Shown: positions 59,912 through 64,000 of the stretch, in pieces
How positions within the stretch are numbered: position 1 is the stretch's first letter
How the letters are laid out: each line of letters opens with the position of its first letter
Source: an uncultured Gemmatimonadaceae bacterium
Lineage (GTDB): Bacteria > Gemmatimonadota > Gemmatimonadetes > Gemmatimonadales > Gemmatimonadaceae
Assembly: GCA_963751275.1 (NCBI GenBank)
Contig: CAVVTZ010000009.1
Span: 608,001 to 672,000, forward strand
Direction: 5' to 3'
DNA length: 64,000 nucleotides
Program-made: the position numbers and the translations under genes
Notes under the pieces: model-generated
Seen by the model: only the letters and a program-made list of their open reading frames with translations
Database searches by the model: none
Told to the model about the DNA's origin: nothing

Positions 59912-60628
59912 GTGTTCTCCGAGCTGATCGAGTCGCTGCGCTGCGTGAACGCGCACGAACCCACCGGGCTCGTCGCGCTGTCCGACGAGACGGTGGAGCG
60001 CGACATCATCCGTGGCTCGCTCGGCTGCCCGCACTGCAAGGCGTCGTATCCGGTGGCCGGGGCGGTGGCCGACTTCCGGCTGGGCCGCGCGGGCGCGCCG
60101 CTCCCGCCGGCCAAGGCGCGCCCCGCGGATGATCTCGCGATGCGCGCGGGCGCGCTGCTCGGGCTGACCGAGCCGGGCGGCGTGGTGGTGCTCGCCGGCG
60201 CGTGGGCGGCGTGCGCGCCGGAGATCGCGGGGCTCGCCGAACCGGTGCGCGTGCTCGCGCTGGACGCGCCGCCCGGCATCGCAAGCGGCTCGGGCGTGTC
60301 GCTCGCGCGCACGGCGGGAGAGATCCCGCTGCGCGCCGGCACCGCGCGCGGCATCGCGCTGGACGCGGCGCACGCGACGGCGAGCTATCTGGAGAGCGCC
60401 GCCGACGCGGTGTCGTCGCGCGGGCGGCTCGTGGCGCCGGCATCGGCGCCGGTGCCGGCCGGCTTCACCGAACTCGCGCGCGATGCGCGCGACTGGGTGG
60501 CGGAGAAGCTGCCGGTAGAGACCGTCGTGCCGCTCGCGCGCGCGCCGCGCCGCGAGCGCGGCGCGGGCGGCGCCGCGGATCAGTCGCCGCCGGCGCCGTC
60601 GTACAGGGAGTCCACGAGCTCCTTGTAG
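59912..60628 (+). CDS. Hypothetical protein with Trm112-like N-terminal Zn-binding segment
   Basis: LIESLRC...G.L.CPHC...YPV. Confidence 0.6.
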   Translation: MFSELIESLRCVNAHEPTGLVALSDETVERDIIRGSLGCPHCKASYPVAGAVADFRLGRAGAPLPPAKARPADDLAMRAGALLGLTEPGGVVVLAGAWAACAPEIAGLAEPVRVLALDAPPGIASGSGVSLARTAGEIPLRAGTARGIALDAAHATASYLESAADAVSSRGRLVAPASAPVPAGFTELARDARDWVAEKLPVETVVPLARAPRRERGAGGAADQSPPAPSYRESTSSL

Positions 60629-62415
60629 CGCTTGTCCACCACGCGCCGCTTCACCTTGAGCGTGGGCGTGAGCTCGCCGCTCTCGATGGTGAAATCGTTC
60701 TCCAGCAGGCCGAGTTTCTTCGGCTGCTCGAAATGCGCGAGGCCGTGCAGATTCTCGAGCACCTCTTTCTCCATTTTCGCTTTCACTGCCGGGTGGTGCA
60801 CCATCGCCGAGTGATCGGGGAAGGTGAGCCCCTGCGTGGCCGCCCATTTCTCGAGTTGGTCGAAGTTCGGCACGACGAGCATCACCGGGAACTTCCGCTT
60901 ATCGCCGATCATCACCGCCTGCAGGACGAACTTGTTGGTCTTCACCTGGTTCTCGATCGGCTGCGGCGCGATGTTCTTGCCGCCGGCGGTCACGATGATG
61001 TCCTTCTTCCGGTCGGTGATGCGCAGGTAGCCATTCTCGAGCACGCCGATGTCGCCGGTGTGGAACCAGCCCTCGGCGTCGATCGCTTCCTTCGTCGCGT
61101 CGGGATGGTTGTAGTAGCCCTTCATCACGTGCGGGCCGCGGGTGAGGATCTCCCCGTCGGCGGCGATCAGCACCTCGATGCCGGCGATCGGGTGCCCCAC
61201 CGTGCCGATGCGGTTGTACTCCGGGGTGTTCACCGCGATCACGGGCGACGTCTCGGTGAGGCCGTAGCCCTCGAGGATCAGCAGCCCCGCCGCGTAGAAG
61301 AAGCTGTTGATCTCGGGCGCGAGCGGCGCGCCGCCGCTCACGAAGTAGCGCAGCCGCCCGCCCACGCGCTCGCGCAGCTTGGAGAACACGAGCTTGTCGG
61401 CGATCTGGTACTGGAAGGCGAGGAAGCCCTTGGGCGCGCGCCCCGCCTGCATCTCCGCCGCCCACCGGTCGCCCACGCCGCGCGCCCAGAGGAAGATGTT
61501 CTTCTTGAGCGCGCCGCCGGCCAGCGCCTTCTCGAGCACCGCGGCGTAGATCTTCTCGTAGATGCGCGGCACCGATACCACGATCGTCGGCTTGATCTCG
61601 CCGATGTTCTCGAGGATCGTGTTGATCGACTCCACGTACGCGATCGACACGCCCACGTGGAACATCAGGAAGTCGAACATCCGCTCCAGGATGTGCGAGA
61701 GTGGCAGGAAGCTCAGCGACACATCGGTGCTGCGGAAGGGGATCACCGCCTGCACGGCCGTGACGTTCGACGTGATGTTGCCGTGCGAGAGCATCGCGCC
61801 CTTTGGCGCGCCGGTGGTGCCCGAGGTGTAGATGATCGTCGCGAGGTCGTCGGGCCGCACCGAGAGGGCGTCGGCACGGTACTGCGCGAGCGACGCCGCG
61901 CTCTCCGCCGCCGCGCCGCGCCCCTCCAGCGCCGCGAGCGACAGCTCGACGCCGGGCAGCCGCTCCTCCGCGAAGGAGATCACGTGCTGCAGCGCCGGCA
62001 GCTCCCCGCGCACTTCCGCGATCTTCGCCGCCTGCTCGGCGGTGGACACGAAGCACGCGACCGCGCCCGAGTCCTTCAGGATGTACGCCATCTGTTCCGC
62101 CGGCAGCGTGGGGTAGAGCGGCACGTTCGTCACGCCGCTCGTGAGACACGCGTAGTCGGCGATCGCCCACTCGGGCCGGTTCTCGGAGAGCAGCCCCACC
62201 CGGGCGCCGCGCGTGATACCCAGCGTGCGCAGGCCGAGCGCCGCGCGCCGAACACGGTCCGCGATCAGGCGGTGCGAGTACGGCCGGAACACGCCGTTCA
62301 CCTTCGCCTGCAGCGCGTTGTCGCGGTCGTGCCGTTCCACCGCATCGAAGAAGAGTTGGTTCAGCGTGCCCGGCGCGGTGCGCATCGATCCGGTGATGGG
62401 GGCGGGGGCGGTCAT
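60580..62415 (-). CDS. Long-chain fatty acid-CoA ligase
   Basis: IIYTSGTTGAPKG, EGYGLTETSP, WFHTGDIG, DRKKD, LTPTLK. Confidence 0.94.
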   Translation of the reverse strand: MTAPAPITGSMRTAPGTLNQLFFDAVERHDRDNALQAKVNGVFRPYSHRLIADRVRRAALGLRTLGITRGARVGLLSENRPEWAIADYACLTSGVTNVPLYPTLPAEQMAYILKDSGAVACFVSTAEQAAKIAEVRGELPALQHVISFAEERLPGVELSLAALEGRGAAAESAASLAQYRADALSVRPDDLATIIYTSGTTGAPKGAMLSHGNITSNVTAVQAVIPFRSTDVSLSFLPLSHILERMFDFLMFHVGVSIAYVESINTILENIGEIKPTIVVSVPRIYEKIYAAVLEKALAGGALKKNIFLWARGVGDRWAAEMQAGRAPKGFLAFQYQIADKLVFSKLRERVGGRLRYFVSGGAPLAPEINSFFYAAGLLILEGYGLTETSPVIAVNTPEYNRIGTVGHPIAGIEVLIAADGEILTRGPHVMKGYYNHPDATKEAIDAEGWFHTGDIGVLENGYLRITDRKKDIIVTAGGKNIAPQPIENQVKTNKFVLQAVMIGDKRKFPVMLVVPNFDQLEKWAATQGLTFPDHSAMVHHPAVKAKMEKEVLENLHGLAHFEQPKKLGLLENDFTIESGELTPTLKVKRRVVDKRYKELVDSLYDGAGGD

Positions 62416-62449
62416 GGGAGTCTCCAACGGCGGGTGCCGGCTCGGACGG

Positions 62450-63232
62450 TCAGTGGATGTGCAGGTTGATCGTGAAGTGCACCGGACTGCCCGGCACGGG
62501 GGTGTGGTCCTGTTCGTAGGCGAAGACGTTCACGCCCATCGTGTCGGTGAGCGTGTCGGCGAGCAGCGTGAGCTTCAGCTGCAGCGTCGAGAGTCCGCCG
62601 CCCACGGTGGTGTCGACCAGCTGCGGGACCAGTGCGCCATTCACGATCTGCGGTTGCGATGGGGTGAGGTTCGTGTTCGAGAGCGGATAGGTGATCACGT
62701 ACTGGAGCCGGTACGGCGAGATGCCGGTCGTGTCGATCCCCACGATGTGCGAGAGCACCGTCGGCAACGGCATCGTGGTGTCGCGGCCGTTCGCCTTGTT
62801 GTAATCGAGTGTGCGCACCGTGCTGTCAAGAGGATAAAAGCTGTCAGGATGCAGCACGACGGGGATCGTGACGGGCAGCGTCTGGATCCCGCCGATGAAG
62901 GCGAGCACCCGCGCGGAGCCGGTGTCGGTGGCGAACATCTTTCCGCTCACCGAGTCGACCGACGCGTTCTCGCGGCCGGTGAGCACGATGAACCGGATGG
63001 GCGCGCCGGGGATCGAATCGCCCTGGTTGTTGTACGCGGTCGCTTGCAGCGGCACGACGTTGCCCAGCGTGTCGTGGAGGGAATCGAACACCACCATCGA
63101 CGGCAGCTGCGGCGGTGTGAGCCCCAGCGAGAGCACGGCATTCGGGTCCGTGGGCACAGTGGTGCACGCGAGCGCGACCGTGAAGACCACGAGCGCGCCG
63201 CCGAGCGCGGCGCGGAGTGGCGGGCGCCTCAT
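62450..63232 (-). CDS. Hypothetical lipoprotein (Ig-like)
   Basis: Lipobox ALAC; beta-rich; ATGA coupling to parA. Confidence 0.7.
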   Translation of the reverse strand: MRRPPLRAALGGALVVFTVALACTTVPTDPNAVLSLGLTPPQLPSMVVFDSLHDTLGNVVPLQATAYNNQGDSIPGAPIRFIVLTGRENASVDSVSGKMFATDTGSARVLAFIGGIQTLPVTIPVVLHPDSFYPLDSTVRTLDYNKANGRDTTMPLPTVLSHIVGIDTTGISPYRLQYVITYPLSNTNLTPSQPQIVNGALVPQLVDTTVGGGLSTLQLKLTLLADTLTDTMGVNVFAYEQDHTPVPGSPVHFTINLHIH

Positions 63233-63996
63233 GCGAGCCGCGAGGCGAGGAGCGTGGCGAGGTTCACGTAGGCCTGCGACGCCGGGTCGGCCGCGTCGCG
63301 CAGCACCACCGGCTGGCCGGCGGCGAACGCTTCCATGGCGCCCGCGCTCCGCGGAATGGTGATCTCGAGCACCATGTCCTTGGGCAGGTGGGCGCGGGCG
63401 TATTCCGCCACCTTCATGCTGATCGGATTCGCGGCATTGGTCATCGTCAGGACTATACCGTCGAATACCAGCTTTGGGTTCGCGGCGGCGATCGCCTGGA
63501 TGCCGCGCAGGATCTGCGGGGTGGTCTGGAGGGCGAGCGGCTCGCACTGGAGGGGCACGAGCACGTGCTGGCTCAGCTTGAGCACGCGGTGCGAGATCGG
63601 CCCGAGGCCGGGGGGCGTGTCCACCACCACGACATCGCAGCGCTCGCGCGCCAGCGCGATGACCTCGGCCAGCGACTGATCGCGTTCGACGTGCTCGTGG
63701 AAGCTCGTGTGGTCGGACTCGCCGGACACCGAGCCCGCGAGGATCACGCGCAGCCAGGGCAGGGCAGTGGGAAGGATGACGTCGCGCAGCGCCTTGGAGC
63801 CGTTGAGATAGTCCGAGATCCCGAAGGGCGCGTGCCCGCGGCGAAGGCCGACGCCGAAGCGCACCGCGCCCTGCGGGTCGGCATTGATGAGGAGCGTCTT
63901 GAGGCCGCGGCGCGCGAAGGCGGCGGAGAGATTCACCGCCGTGGTCGTCTTGCCGACGCCGCCCTTCTGACTGACGATCGCAAGGACAGGTCCCAC
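63229..63996 (-). CDS. ParA/Soj family ATPase (start at the window edge)
   Basis: QKGGVGKTT, ADPQG, VVDTPP, P.QCEPLA. Confidence 0.9.
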   Translation of the reverse strand: MGPVLAIVSQKGGVGKTTTAVNLSAAFARRGLKTLLINADPQGAVRFGVGLRRGHAPFGISDYLNGSKALRDVILPTALPWLRVILAGSVSGESDHTSFHEHVERDQSLAEVIALARERCDVVVVDTPPGLGPISHRVLKLSQHVLVPLQCEPLALQTTPQILRGIQAIAAANPKLVFDGIVLTMTNAANPISMKVAEYARAHLPKDMVLEITIPRSAGAMEAFAAGQPVVLRDAADPASQAYVNLATLLASRLA

Positions 63997-64000
63997 GGCT

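Overview
High-GC bacterial chromosome segment. Gene content and order look Gemmatimonadota-like, which is my inference and not verified. Many conserved genes are split by 1-bp indels, most consistent with long-read consensus errors. In order, the window holds: the 3' end of a group-1 [NiFe]-hydrogenase operon (large subunit end, cytochrome b, maturation protease, hypABFCDE); an XRE regulator/membrane-protein pair flanked by 78-bp inverted repeats; an arylsulfatase; lipA-pdhA-pdhB-pdhC-lpdA-lipB; envelope and peptidase genes; a POT transporter and Dpp/Opp ABC system; a lipoate ligase-family gene, gcvP and gcvH; coaE and tdk; a degenerate DEAD-box/DbpA protein; an aminotransferase; a co-oriented nurA-herA-(secreted protein)-mre11/sbcD-rad50/sbcC-GNAT cluster resembling the archaeal double-strand-break resection operon, followed by an atypical FRG-domain gene; an S9 peptidase; a candidate 6S-like ncRNA with its own sigma70 promoter; a Ca/cation antiporter; folE-SDR; an acyl-CoA ligase; and parA. 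Intergenic DNA carries a dispersed ~150-180 bp palindromic element family and several heptamer-repeat hairpins. No rRNA, tRNA, CRISPR array or transposase was seen. All family assignments come from motif recognition by eye, with no database searches.
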